This document shows positions 13,026-25,710 of a stretch of DNA of 64,000 bases, piece after piece. Below the pieces are notes generated by a model, which made no database searches, was not told where the DNA came from, and was given only the letters and a program-made list of their open reading frames with translations. Numbering within the stretch: the first letter of the stretch is position 1; each line of letters begins with the position of its first letter. This DNA comes from the human T2T-CHM13v2.0 reference genome, Homo sapiens. Location of the stretch: the NCBI RefSeq assembly GCF_009914755.1, contig NC_060934.1, one strand, 5' to 3'. The position numbers were made by a program, and so were the translations under genes.

Positions 13026-13942
13026 TACTTTCAAGTGCTATTGGGTTGCTAGGCTTTTGTTTCTCTGACTGCATTTTTAGATCAGGACTGGACCAAGAGG
13101 CAGCCTGGCTTCATATGGGTTATGCATTTGAATCGCATAGTCCAGTGCCCAATACAAAGCAAGCGTTCCATGAATGCTACTCACGCTCATGGTGATTCTT
13201 TTGCCAGTTCAGAAGTCTGGTTCTGGTGTTATTTCCTGGAGGCCTGGCCTGGTTAGTTTGGAAGGAAGAGGGAATTTTGGCCCAGAGGTCAGTCTAGCTT
13301 CTGTCAGCACCTGCTCCAGGCCCTGCCTTGTCGCTGGCTGACCTCCATGGACACCAATGGCCCAGGCTCCACATGCCACTGGCTGCTGCCACCCTGTACG
13401 GCTCTCTTGGAAAGGAAACCCTTGACCTGATGCCTGTCAAAATCTAGCCTGCGTTTCGCCCATCCTCCCTCAGACCTGGTCATTGTTCTGCAGTCTCTGC
13501 TTGGGCTTTCTAAGAGTCGGTTGTATTTATTCCCAAACTCTTGATCCAGTTACATAATTTCCCACTGCATAAACCAATGGACTGTCAGTGTCAAGCATAT
13601 GAGTCATAATGTTTGGCATACAGAAAGCTGCTGTGTGTTGGCTATTCCCGGAGTCAACCAGATAAGGGTTGCTGGAAACAGCATCTCCTGTGTGTTCACA
13701 AGACTTACGTTAGAAGAAAACTTTTAATCTAAGCAGGTACCCTTTTTATGACTCTATTCTATAAATTAAATTTTTCTTTACCTGAGTAACTTCTAGTCCT
13801 GAGTGTACCAAGAGGATTACTCTTTGTTGGGGAATTTATTTTGCCTTAAGTTTCTCACATTAACCACAAGGCTTCATTCTATATCCCATATGCTGGTTGG
13901 TTAAATTTTAGCTTAACAATTAAACCAATGAAGCCCAGCAAC

Positions 13943-14244
13943 TTTTTTTTTTTTTTTTTTTTTTTTGATGGAGTTTTCCTCCTGTTGCCCAGGCTAGAGT
14001 GTAATGGTGTGATCTCAGCTCACTGCAACCTCTGACTCCCGGATTCAAGCCATTCTCCTGCCTCAGCCTCTGAGTAGCTAAGATTACAGGCATGCGCCAC
14101 CACACCGGCTAATTTTGCATTTTTAGTAGAGACAGGGTTTTACCATGTTGGTCAGGCTGGTTTCAAATTCCTGATCTTAAGTGATCTGCCCACCTCAGCC
14201 TCCCAAATTGCTGGGATTATAGGCGTGAGCCACCGTGCCCAGCC
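13943..14244 (-). mobile_element. AluS (Sq/Sp-like)
   Basis: Full antisense dimer with T-tail. Confidence 0.9.
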
Positions 14245-14654
14245 AGCATTCCACTATTTTGAAGAACTATGATTTATTCTTTACTGCTGAATTTAGCCTG
14301 CTCTGTCCATTTTACTTAGCTAAGTACAGTCTCAATCAAGGGTGTAGAATTGGAAGTCTAGAATTTTCTGTGTGCTCCGGGTATGAATATTTGAGAAGTA
14401 CCCCCAAGACCCTCTTTGAGTTTTGCCGCTAACTAACTGTATTGTTTTTCCCGAGTTTTACTTTATTTTCAATAACTGTTACTCATTGCTTTGTTATACA
14501 CCCAGAGGGGCTAGGCATCTAAAGGTGTTTTACAAATTGAATAAGGTTATGTTACTGTCCCAAACCACCATCTGAAAAATATGTAGCATATATGTGTCTT
14601 GGTTTTGAATTGGGCTCAGGAATATGTTTTCATTTTCCTACGAGCCTCACAAGC

Positions 14655-14698
14655 AAACTAAGGCACTAATTTCTTTAAACTAAGGCACTAGTTTCTTT
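14655..14698. repeat. 22-bp tandem duplication
   Basis: aaactaaggcacta(a/g)tttcttt x2. Confidence 0.85.
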
Positions 14699-16554
14699 AA
14701 AACTAGCAAATACTCGCACAACAGAAAGTTGGTACAAAATCCTGAATTTGATGTGGAGCTAATATAAATGAAAGTGCAGTTCGTGTTTTCAAATCACTAA
14801 CACACGGAGCAAGGTGAGGGCAGTTTCTAATCTCTTTGTCATAATTACATAAAAGGAATAGTTTTCTCAGGAAAGTGAACTACAAATTTGGTACAAGTGA
14901 TTATGAAATTGGTATACACTTTTTTGGTATCTATTTTTTTATCTATAGACTTTCTTTCCAACTATAAAGACATGTTTTAATATTCTAAGGGGCTTACCTT
15001 TTTGAAGTCCTTGTTCCTTTCAAACTTTTCTCTTTTTAATCCTCCGCCTCCCCTAAAACACACCTAAAGACTTTAAATTTATTGGGAGTTTCATATATAC
15101 ACTGAAGGAAAACTAGCCCCCACGCTTTTGAAAACTTAACTGCACAGAGCACTTTAAAACATCATTCAAACAAATAACTTTTTACAACACTGGAGTGAAC
15201 AAGAACGTGGGGACAGGCACAAGGACTGGTTTGTAGATTGGGTTAACACCAATGCTTCCTCTGGTGTAAAAGGCTTTGATCTTAAGGTTCATGCCCTCGG
15301 CATGCAGCTGTGACCCACAGTTCACATCTCCTGGAAGGTGTGACAAAGGTAGCATGGGAATTGGGTCTGCATTCAATTTTTACATTTCCATTTAACAGTT
15401 TATGATTTTATATAATATTTCAGTTGTATGAAAAGTATGTACCAATTTGAGTGATAACAGATTTTCTTGTGGTTTGACTTGACATTGTTTGGGTGAACAC
15501 AGCCTAGAATCAGGAGTTTTAATTAGAGCTGGATGAGCTCTGGAATGCCTACCAGGCTTAGGGGTTTTCCCAAAAGATCTTAAGTGCCCAGAGCTGATTT
15601 GAACTGGGAACCCTTCTGACATTCTCCTGTTTACAAGGCATTGCAGTGACGTTGTAGCACTCATGCACAACCCAGTAACAAGAAATGCCTTTGGACTGTG
15701 TCCGCCTATGGAATGGCTTCCCAACTATTTGAGTTGGCTGGGGTTCTGCTGCTCTTCCAACAGAGGCTCCACTGCAGTTTCTTGCACATCCAGACTCTGA
15801 GCCTCGGTAATTCATTTCACATGACAGCTCACCAAAGCCGGGGGCCTCAAAACATATTTAACATTTGCTGGCTGGAGCAAAACCTTTGGTTCTATTTGGT
15901 CAGTGAAGGGAGTCAAGGGGCTTGCCTTTATTGGTGTCTGTCCTCCTCAAGGTGATAGGTGTGTGTGTGATCTGAGGTCCATGTCTGCAAAACTTGGATC
16001 TGCTTATTGGATCCAGTGCTCTTTCTGTGTGGACATTCCTAAGTTTATCCTCTGGGTTTTCTTCCATGTTTCTTCACGAACTTTCCACTAGAGAGCTTTA
16101 ATGCCCAAACAGACAGACAGGAGACTCGCACATTGGGTCTATAGTATTGGGAGTAGAAATGGGATATATAATAGAGAGAGCCCTATTGACTTTCTTCTAA
16201 AAATGCTAGAAATGGAGAATGACTTGATGACTGGCTGGGTCAGGGAATTGTGGGACATTGCTCAGCACCCTATATCAGAGGAAAAGGAAGTGATAAGTTT
16301 CTGCCTGCCCAGGGCAGAAGCTCATGGTGTCATTTGGAATGGCCTCAAGTTGCTCTTGGATTTTTATTCCTATTAAATATAAAGAATATTGGCACACATA
16401 GGGGCTTCCTACATAAGAATGCTAAAGAAATAATAGGATAAGGATGGATTAAAAAAATCTATGTGGATAAGATTGTTTAGAATTGCATTTTGCTATTGGT
16501 TAGATCAAAGTGTAGATGGCAATTCTCTGGAAAAAAATATTCCCATAGATTATG

Positions 16555-16790
16555 CAGTAAAGTGGCTATGAGTTTATGCTTTGAGTTCAGACAGTCTGAA
16601 TTTGAATCCTGACTTCACATCTTCCTAACTGTATGTGACCCGAGGTAACTCTCTCTAAACCTTAGTTTTCTTATCAGTAAAATTAGGATTTTTAATAGTA
16701 CTTTCCTAATAAGATAGATATGGGATTAAATGGGAAACGTAATGTAAAGTGCTCATGCTATGTGCCCCTAAATTATAGTTGTTATTATTA
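16555..16790 (+). mobile_element. MIR
   Basis: tttgaatcctgacttc...ccttagttttcttatcagtaaaat core. Confidence 0.75.
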
Positions 16791-17023
16791 TTACTCTTGT
16801 TATATTGACTTGGAGACTGTTGTTGACCAGAGGCATTAATATTTGCTGTTAGCTCATTTTCTCTGCTACAGTTCCTGTTGGACTGATCCAAATAAGCAAT
16901 TTTAATCTAGTTACATTGAAAATTAATACATTAACATAAGGTTCATGGTGTCCCGTTAGATAGTCAAAAACAAAAGTCAAGGCATTAGAACTAACACATC
17001 TCTATGTTCATAAAAATAGTTCA

Positions 17024-17303
17024 GGCCGGGCGCGGTGGCTCACGCCTGTAATCCCAGCACTTTGGGAGGCCGAGGCGGGCGGATCACGAGGTCAGGAGAT
17101 CGAGACCATCCTGGCTAACACGGTGAAACCCCGTCTCTACTAAAAATACAAAAAATTAGCCGGGCGAGGTGGCGGGCGCCTGTAGTCCCAGCTACTCGGG
17201 AGGCTGAGGCAGGAGAATGGCGTGAACCCCAGGGGGCGGAGCCTGCAGTGAGCCGAGATTGCGCCACTGCACTCCAGCCTGGGCGACAGCGAGACTCCGT
17301 CTC

Positions 17304-17332
<29 letters not shown>
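17024..17332 (+). mobile_element. Young AluY (AluYe5-like)
   Basis: CpGs nearly all intact; Ye diagnostics (GGGCGAGGTGG, GAACCCC..GGGGGCGGAGCCTGCAG, GGGCGACAGCGAGAC); pure 29-A tail; TSD aaaaatagttca at 17012-17023 and 17328-17339. Confidence 0.93.
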
Positions 17333-17334
<2 letters not shown>

Positions 17335-17405
17335 GTTCAATAAGTTCTTATTCAAATTACTGTTTTCTCTTGTATCAGTCTCTAGTCTAGGAGAACATCA
17401 AATCC

Positions 17406-17767
17406 TGCTATGGATTGAATTTTGTCCCCTTCTAAACTCATGCTGAAACTTAATTGACATTGTAACAGTATTAAGAAGTGGGGCCTTTAAGAAGTGAATA
17501 AGACCTGAGGGCTCTGCCCTTATGAACGGATTAATGCTGTTACAGGGGGGTTGGGCTCCTAATAAATGGGTAAGTTTGGCCCCCATCTGCTCTCTGTCTC
17601 ATGTACTTGCTTCCACCTACTGCCCTTCTGCCATGGAATGACCCTTGACAGATGCTGGTGCCATGCTCTTGAACTTCCCAGCCTCTAGAACTGTGAGAAA
17701 TAATTTTTTTTCCTCATAAATTACCCAGTCTATATTCTGTTATAGCAGCAGAAAATGGACTAAAACC
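17406..17767 (+). mobile_element. MST-family MaLR solo LTR
   Basis: tgctatggattgaat start; cccagcctctagaactgtgagaaat...gcagcagaaaatggactaa end. Confidence 0.85.
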
Positions 17768-18084
17768 CTACAGGTAAGCAAAGACATGAATTAAATTATC
17801 TAGAACGATCCATAGATCTCTTTATTTGAAACAATCCATAGGTTTCCTCCAGACTGTAAGAAAATTGCCCTCTTGATATAAACTCTGAATATAGTGCCTG
17901 CATTTAACTTGGGTTCTCTCCCATTGGCATGAGATTGAAAATCTGTTGGCTGTCTGTATTCTGTTGTTAGATCCATTTTCTGAGAGACTATTTGGAAATA
18001 GATTTCTTGGGGAAAGGTTGTATGTATAAAATAGTCAAACAGTGGAACAAGCTGGATTTTACTGAGATTTCCCCAGAATTTTAA

Positions 18085-18420
18085 GTCTCCAGCCCTGACC
18101 TGAACTCTAGACTATTCAGCTTCCTACTTGACATCTCCACTTGGATATAAAAATGACACCTCAAAAGGGACAGAGCTGAACTCCTAATCCTCCCCTTTCA
18201 AACCTTATTTCCCACAGCCTCCCCTACTCAGCTGATGCCAACTCATCTCTCTAGTTGCTTGGGCTGAAAATCTTGGTGTATCCTTGACTCCTCTCTTTCT
18301 CTCATAGCCCTTATCCAAGCCATGAACAAAATTTGTTGGCTTTACCTTCAAAATAAACCCAGAATCTGTCCTGACATCTTCCCATTACCATCACTGGTCT
18401 GAGCCACTACTATCTCTTGA
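18085..18420 (+). mobile_element. L2a fragment
   Basis: cctacttgacatctccacttggat...tccttgactcctctctttctctca...taccttcaaaat. Confidence 0.8.
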
Positions 18421-19099
18421 ACTGAATTTAATGATTAGGCCAAGTTCTCAATACGCAAAAAGATCTGGAGCTGACTTTAAAGGTGCAGCCTAGCGAAAAC
18501 AAAAATGCTCAGATTCAGAATGTAATAAAACCTTTCTTTCTCTTCAAGGGGAGACAGCAGAGAAGAGAAAAGACAACTTAGTGATCTGGGAGGATGGTAG
18601 CCTCCTTTAGAAATGGCCATGAGTCTTTTTAAGAACTGACATGCCTAATACTGAACTCAGAAGTTGCTGGAATTGCTGCAATGTATATGTCCTTCCATCA
18701 CTTCAAAACTTTGACTACTTCTGCTTTGTACACAATGACCTTATGAAAATGTTTTGGTTTGGTTGTTGTCTTCATGACTAAGCTATTAATGAGGAGGACA
18801 GGTAAAAAGGGTTGAGTTCCAAATCTAGGTCAGCTCCACATAGGATAGGGACAACAGGTACAGGAACAAGACAATCCATAGCCTGGATAAGGTTATCAGA
18901 AGCTGGAGATGTCTGTGGCAATATTTGGAATCCTTTACAAATTAGACTTTGCCTAGGGCATGGAAAGCAGAAAGAGACTTGAGCCAATGTTTCCTACACA
19001 ATAAGTGGAACAGTAGCCCTTGTTAACACCTGAGCTACTGAATCTGTTTTTCTAATATATGAATAAAATCATAACTGAAAATGACACCTCATCCTCATA

Positions 19100-21010
19100 G
19101 AAAACAAACAAGACAAAAATATTTTCCTCCAAGCACCTCGCCTCTAACTTCAGACCTTGACCTCCTCAACTCCATTGATCTTCACTTCAATTCCACATTA
19201 ATTAATCAACCATTATTATGGTCATACCCGGACCTTAGTAATACCAGTGACTGCTTCATCTCTGCCTCTCGTTGCTGTCTATCAGAAATTCCAGGTTCTG
19301 GAGGACGCAGAATGGGATCAAGAACATCAAGAGGCACTGATCTACCAGTGCAGTCTCCCTGCTCTGGTCCACCATGACACCTGCTTTTCTGTCACCAGGT
19401 TTGACTCTCTGTTCTCTATCATTCTTCTCCTATAGTGATATTACAAATTGAAATCCTGGCTCTCAACCAGGCTTCCGGATCATGTACATCCATTGCAGCA
19501 ATGGCACACACATTATGATCTCTAATTTCCATCGGCTCTCCGTGTTGCCCGGTCATCCACCCAGGTGTCTCTCTCATCAACTTTCTCCACAGCAGCTATT
19601 TAAAACCGGCTCCACTCTCCTCAAATTACCTAACCCACCACTTCAGTTCCCTCACTCTCAAGCATATGTCTTTGCCTCCTACTTGGTGGGGAAAATAGAA
19701 ATCACGAAAAGGGAAGTGGCCCAACTCACTGCCACCACACGCACAGATTCCCGCTGCAAGTGCACCCGTCCTTTCCTCCTCCCATCTGTCATGTGGAAGA
19801 GGTGTCTCCTCCTGCCCAGGCTCATCTCCTTGCCCTCATGCTCTGCATCCTCCTGCCTCCCTCTCCACATCCTCTGGAAGCTGACTGCGCCATTAACCCC
19901 CCTCTTTCCGGTATTTTCACTGCCTCTTTCACCCTCCTTCCTGCTCTTGCCAATTAACATTTAAACATATCTGCTATCTCAGAACAGAAACATAACAAAC
20001 AATGGAAAACCACCAAGACCTCCTTTACCTCCCCTTCCAGCTAGCATCCTCACTCTCCAGCTACCACTTTCCAGCTAACATCCTCACTCTCCTTCTCAGC
20101 CAAACTTTTCCAAGGGTGACCTCCACTTGCTGCCCCTATTTCCTCACTTCTTATTCAAGGCCATTCGTAATCGCTTTGCTATGCATCCAGGGGACACTTT
20201 TGGTTCTTGTCTTACATTACTTTTCAATAACACTTGTCCCATTGGTCATGCTCTTGTGCTTAAAATATTCTCTTCTCTTGACTTTGTGAAAATAACACTT
20301 TCCTGATTGTTTGTTAGTATTTTCACCTCTTTAATATTTAATTGCTTCTTTCCAGGAATCCCTTTCTTAACCCATTATGATATGACTCAGGACATCATGG
20401 TATGTCCTTCAACCTCATTTTTTTGTCTATACACCCTCCAAAGGAAATGTCATTCACTCTCATTATTTCATGAACTACTGCTCTCAAATCTGTGTTTTTA
20501 AGGACATATATACATAGCAGACACACACATACACACACACACACTATATATATATATATATATATATATTCCATGTTTCTGCTTTAAGTTTTCCAAGATG
20601 TTCAAAGCCATTGTGTCCCAAATGAGCTCTCATTTCCCCCCACAAGCAGATTTCTTCTCTCCTCCTTAAATCCTGCTGTCCAAGTCAGACATTTAGACAT
20701 CATCACTCTGCCCTCTTCCCCAGGCATCACATCCAAAATGTCACAAACTCCTCTTGTTTTTACTTGTCAATTATCTCTTGAATCCACCCATTTCTCTTCA
20801 TCTCCAGGGATATCATTTTAGTTGCAACCACCATTCTCTCTCCCTGGACGACTGCCTAACTCATCTTCCAGCCCCGTTCCCATCCATTCTCAAACCAGAG
20901 TAACTTCTAAAGGGTCAATAGGACCCACTGATTCTCCAGCTCAAAATATTTTAATGGCTCCCCAATGTCAAATTTTAATTCCCCAGAAAGGTTCACAGGG
21001 TCTTCGGCAG
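19100..21010 (+). mobile_element. Degraded L2 LINE (boundaries approximate)
   Basis: Pyrimidine-rich L2-like motifs throughout. Confidence 0.55.
20521..20568. repeat. (CA)n-(TA)n compound microsatellite
   Basis: Directly visible. Confidence 0.9.
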
Positions 21011-24000
21011 GCTCCAGTGATATTGTCCCCTTCTGTTCATCTTTAGCTTCTCTTCTTTTTTCTGTGACTATATATTACTTGTGCTACTTTAAAAGTTCTA
21101 GCAAGCGGATTGGCCAGAAGGAGATGCAGAGGAGATAAGGAGTCATCAGAGAGGAAGGGGAGAACCAGGAGGCCATGAAATCATAGAAACCAGTGAAAGG
21201 CAACACTTTAAGGAAATGGGGATGTCAATATTATAGTATGCCTCGGGGAGGTTAAATTCCATGAAAGATGAAAACAGTCCCTTGGATTCTGACATTTGAA
21301 AATCCTAGGGATCATTGATAGGGACATCTCTGAAGTTTCTAAGGCAAAAGTCAGAAGACAGTGAGCTGAAGAGCTAGGAGCAGCTGGGGCAAGGAGGCTC
21401 TTGAGAGAATGCTACTTCCCTGATATGATGATTTCCCCAGTGGGTGTGATCAACTGATAGGGAGTTAGGAGATGAGCAAGTAGGGAAAGGAAGATTAAGG
21501 CTAAATATGCAGAAGTGAGAGGGAATAGTCAGTGTCAGAACTTCCAGCTTCTGGAGAAGTCAAAATGAGATCACCATTACGGAGGATGGGAAAGGCCGGG
21601 AGAAGGAATATTCAAAGACCAGAAGGAAGATGATTAGACTGAAGGTAACTACAGGTAAGTTTGTAGGTGTGGGACAGGAAGTTGAGGTATTTTCTGGCTT
21701 TTACTTCATTTTCTTAAATATCAAAGGCAAATCCATCTGAGTAATATCCCTACTTAATGCAGACATATGGTTATGTTCATAATTTAACAAGGAAATATTT
21801 TTAAAGCAATAAAAGATATGCACCATTTATTAGAAAACAATTACCTTGATTATATAAAGAAGCTTTCCATGAAATAATTTTGTTTTGGTTTATAACTTTA
21901 CTCTAGGAAATGCTAAGAATTTGTGTAATCTGCTGCAAAACTGTCAAATCTTACCAAGTAAGAAAAATTCAAAATTGTTTAATATAAGAAAAAAGCCAAA
22001 CTGAGAATTCTCTAAATTATACCCATATTAAAAATGAATAATTAGTTCCACAGTATTCCTTAACATTAGAAAAAGTATAAGTTCCTAATGTTATGTTTGC
22101 CTTTATATGTATCTGTCTTCCAAAATGGGCACATTATTAGAAGAAATTCAAAACCAAAGACAAGCCAATATTTAAAATACATGATTGGATATAGAATTCA
22201 TCCCTCATGTGGATAAAATTAGAACAGATATTATCCAGAAGAGATGAAGCCAGAGAATTAAAAAGGAAAAAAAAAGAAACAAAATCCTTTTGTTAAGCTA
22301 TTTTCCTAATTTTATTTTGATTTTGGTTCAGCGTTCAAAAGCAGATTAATATAGAAAAAATAAAGTACAGGGCTGGAAAGAAGAGCACAATTTTTCTTCT
22401 TCGATGTCAAATAAATAGCTTTCCCTGCTCCTACTAAATCGGAACTAAACTCATAAAGATGAAAATAAATGACTAATTTCTTGGGAAATAACCTTAAGTG
22501 AAAGATTCTTTTGGTCCAGTAATTGCTTTTTTCAAACTCCCGTTGACTTAACCTCATTCTCAAGGCCTCCTTGGCCTTTCCTTCCATTTACCCTGTTGAT
22601 ATCAAGTGTATCTTCAGAGTCTGTCTTGTCATTTGCTACCAATTTGAGGAATGTTTTCCTTGTCTCATATAATTTTTGGAAGGCATATGTCAAATGTGGT
22701 TGTTATTTCTTTTTTATAACTTATTTCTAACAGGACTTGTCTAAGACCTTTAAAAATGAAACCTAAAACATATTATCGTAAAATTTCACAAAGCAATGTT
22801 TCTACCCACTCTGAAAAAGCCCCCTAATAATCCCCTAACATTTTAATAAGCAACTAGATATTAATTTGTCTTTTTGCTAAAATGTTATAAAATGATGCTT
22901 TTCAATTTCATCTATATAAGAACTTCACATTTCAGTGAAAGAAACTGAATGAGTTTTAGAACAGAATAATACTTCTTCCTCTCTGGCAAAGACTGTGTTC
23001 ATTTCAGAGCCCATCTTACATGATTTTTGCCAACTTAGGTTTTCAGAGCTTCAGGACTGGCCCTAAGCAAGGTATTCAGGCAGTAATTAAAAAAAAAAAA
23101 ATGTAAGCAGTGGAACCCATTTCTTTTTTCCCCCAGACAAAACTTAATTCTTCTATGAAATCCACATATATGTGAACATACATATGTAGGATAAAATGGA
23201 ACGTCTGAACAGAAAGTAGGGCACAGGATGGTGGAACTTAGCTGTTCCTTCTTGCTCCCCATAGAGATCCTTGAAGTACCTTCTCCAACTCCATGATACT
23301 CTAAAAACTGTTCATCTTCATAATAGGAGTGGAGCCTAATCCTTGGTCTCCTCACCTCCTGGTTTCCCGGAATGTCTTTCTCACCACATAACACCTCCCC
23401 TTGCTGCTCACTCCTACCTGGTGACAGTAGCCTCCTCATGTTCCATTCATTCCACACAAATCTGCTCAATCTGCACTTACTCTTCTAACAATTGCCCCAA
23501 ACCACTGCACCATAGTCCCTGAAGCTCTCATTCTCTCATTCTGAGAGTCTCAACTCGATACTTGGAAGAACACAGTTTAAACACATGCCTACCGAGTTTT
23601 ATGTGGCTGATAGATAGCCTTGCTTAATCTTCCCAGATTTAAAATGTGTGTTTACAAATTTTAGAGAAGAGAGTTTTTCAGCCAAATCTTTAACTTATGA
23701 AATTTCAAATTATGTGGCAATATCATACGTGCATTTCAGGCAGCCTAGTGAAACAGTTCTATTTAGGAAGGTCTCCATTGGGGGCCCCCTAAAATGATAC
23801 ATGAAGAGCATAATTTTTATGTTATACTGACTCGTCTGAATATTCTCCCTGGAGCACTGGAGTGGATTGTATCTCTAAGCCTTTTCCAGGACCAACCCAG
23901 AGTTCCTGATGGAGATTCAATAAAGTCATTCCTTCAATACTGATCTTACTTTAATATCAGTTTGGATCTGGGGCACTGAAATGGCTTATTCATGCCAATA

Positions 24001-24559
24001 CTTATTTTGTGTTAATATGGCTGTCTTCAGTGCACATCTTATACTTCTGGCAAGATTCTTTAAATAATTGTTTTTCTCTAGTACATCTTTTGGATAAGTT
24101 TGGCAGGTGGACAGGTCCTTTTTCCTTTGTTCTATCAGGTAGAGATACTGCTGATCAGCTGAGATGTGATGTTAAAGGCACCATGAGAAAAACACAGTCC
24201 AGCCCTGGAGGAGTGGATGGGGGAGGGAAGAGGCATGAGGAGGGATCTGGAGGCCAACGGCCCAGGAGACAGTGCTCCCAGAAGTCCATCTGCCTTGTGC
24301 TTGGATGCATCCTTACCTCTGCAGATAATGCTACCTCGGCCTGCAACACTGATGGACTCTGATCTATCAGAACAATTCCTTGTTCTTTTTTGATACTAAT
24401 TCAAATGCTCTATGAATTGGAGGCAACATTTATAAAATATTAAATCTGTACATTTTTTCATCATCACCGAAAACGACATTCCCCTGCCCAAATCCACCGT
24501 TATAGACCCAGGAAAGGCAGAGGGGCTAGAGAACCTTCAAGAAGGAAAAGGACAATAGG

Positions 24560-24800
24560 AACCATAGCTAACACTTCCACAGTGAGTGCTTACCATGTAT
24601 CAGGCACTACTCAAAGTGCCTTATAAGATACTGATTCATTTGAAGTTCTCAGCAAACCTAGCTAAATTTTATTATTAACGTTCCAATGTAGAGATGAGGA
24701 AACCATGGCATAGAAAGATTAAGCAACTTGCCCAAAGTTGCAGATCTTGGCAAAGTCAGGATTTGAACCCAAGCCCTAGATTCCATGCTCTTATCTGCCA
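24560..24800 (-). mobile_element. MIR
   Basis: agatgaggaaacc...aagcaacttgcccaaagt...caggatttgaacccaag. Confidence 0.8.
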
Positions 24801-25678
24801 TACAGATGGCCTCCCTTGGCGTACGTGCCCACACAGAGGCAGCTGGCCTGGCCTCATTCTTGGATGCCTGGGGTTGGCATTTTCTGAGGCATAGCTGGTC
24901 CTCTCTGGCCCTTTGGCCATCATGCTCATACTCTGTAGTCCCAGCTGTGTGTCTTTATGTTTGCAGTTGTTCTACTCAATGGAGCCTGTTTGTTTCTGCA
25001 AACCCTCCCTGTGGGTCCATGGGTATATGTGGCTCCCCTCTCCCCTGCATGCCATATGCAGTCTGTGAGGGCACCAGGACCTACCTGAGGGTCACCCTTC
25101 TAGGTGCCTGCCTTGACCCACAGTGCATCATTGCTCCTGCACAACATTGGACTCACAGTCAAGCATATTCGGGGCTTCCCCTGAAGGCTGGACCACATAC
25201 TTTCATCTTTGTATCTTCAGGGGCTAACACAGAGGTAACTCAATAAACAGTATTTTGAAGTTCAGATGCTTGGCGTATTTCAGCTGCAGCAACGAATGAG
25301 GCTGAGAAGATTTAAAAACCACTCCTCGGAACCTTTCACTGATTTCAACTCAGAATCCTTAAAACATATCCTTGAATAATTCTCTGGTACACAATGAAAC
25401 TTATTAATCACTCTTTTGCCTGGACACAATGTCTCTGGGTCTCTCTGGTTTGATGTTTCTCACACCTTACTTGTACACAGACTTGATTTTATCACGCATG
25501 CCCTCTTTCAAATACCTTTAGCTTCTTCAATAAGATTATTCCTAGTGCCAACCCTAGAAGCATACTGTCCAGGAATATGTCACATGCTGCTAGCTGACTA
25601 CTTTCTCTCTTGTCCCTTGTATCGCAGCCAGGTTCTCTAATTATCCACAAGCTCAACTTTCCCCCCACCCATGTTGTT

Positions 25679-25710
25679 CACACACACACACAGACACACA
25701 CACACACACA
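25679..25710. repeat. (CA)n microsatellite
   Basis: Directly visible. Confidence 0.9.
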
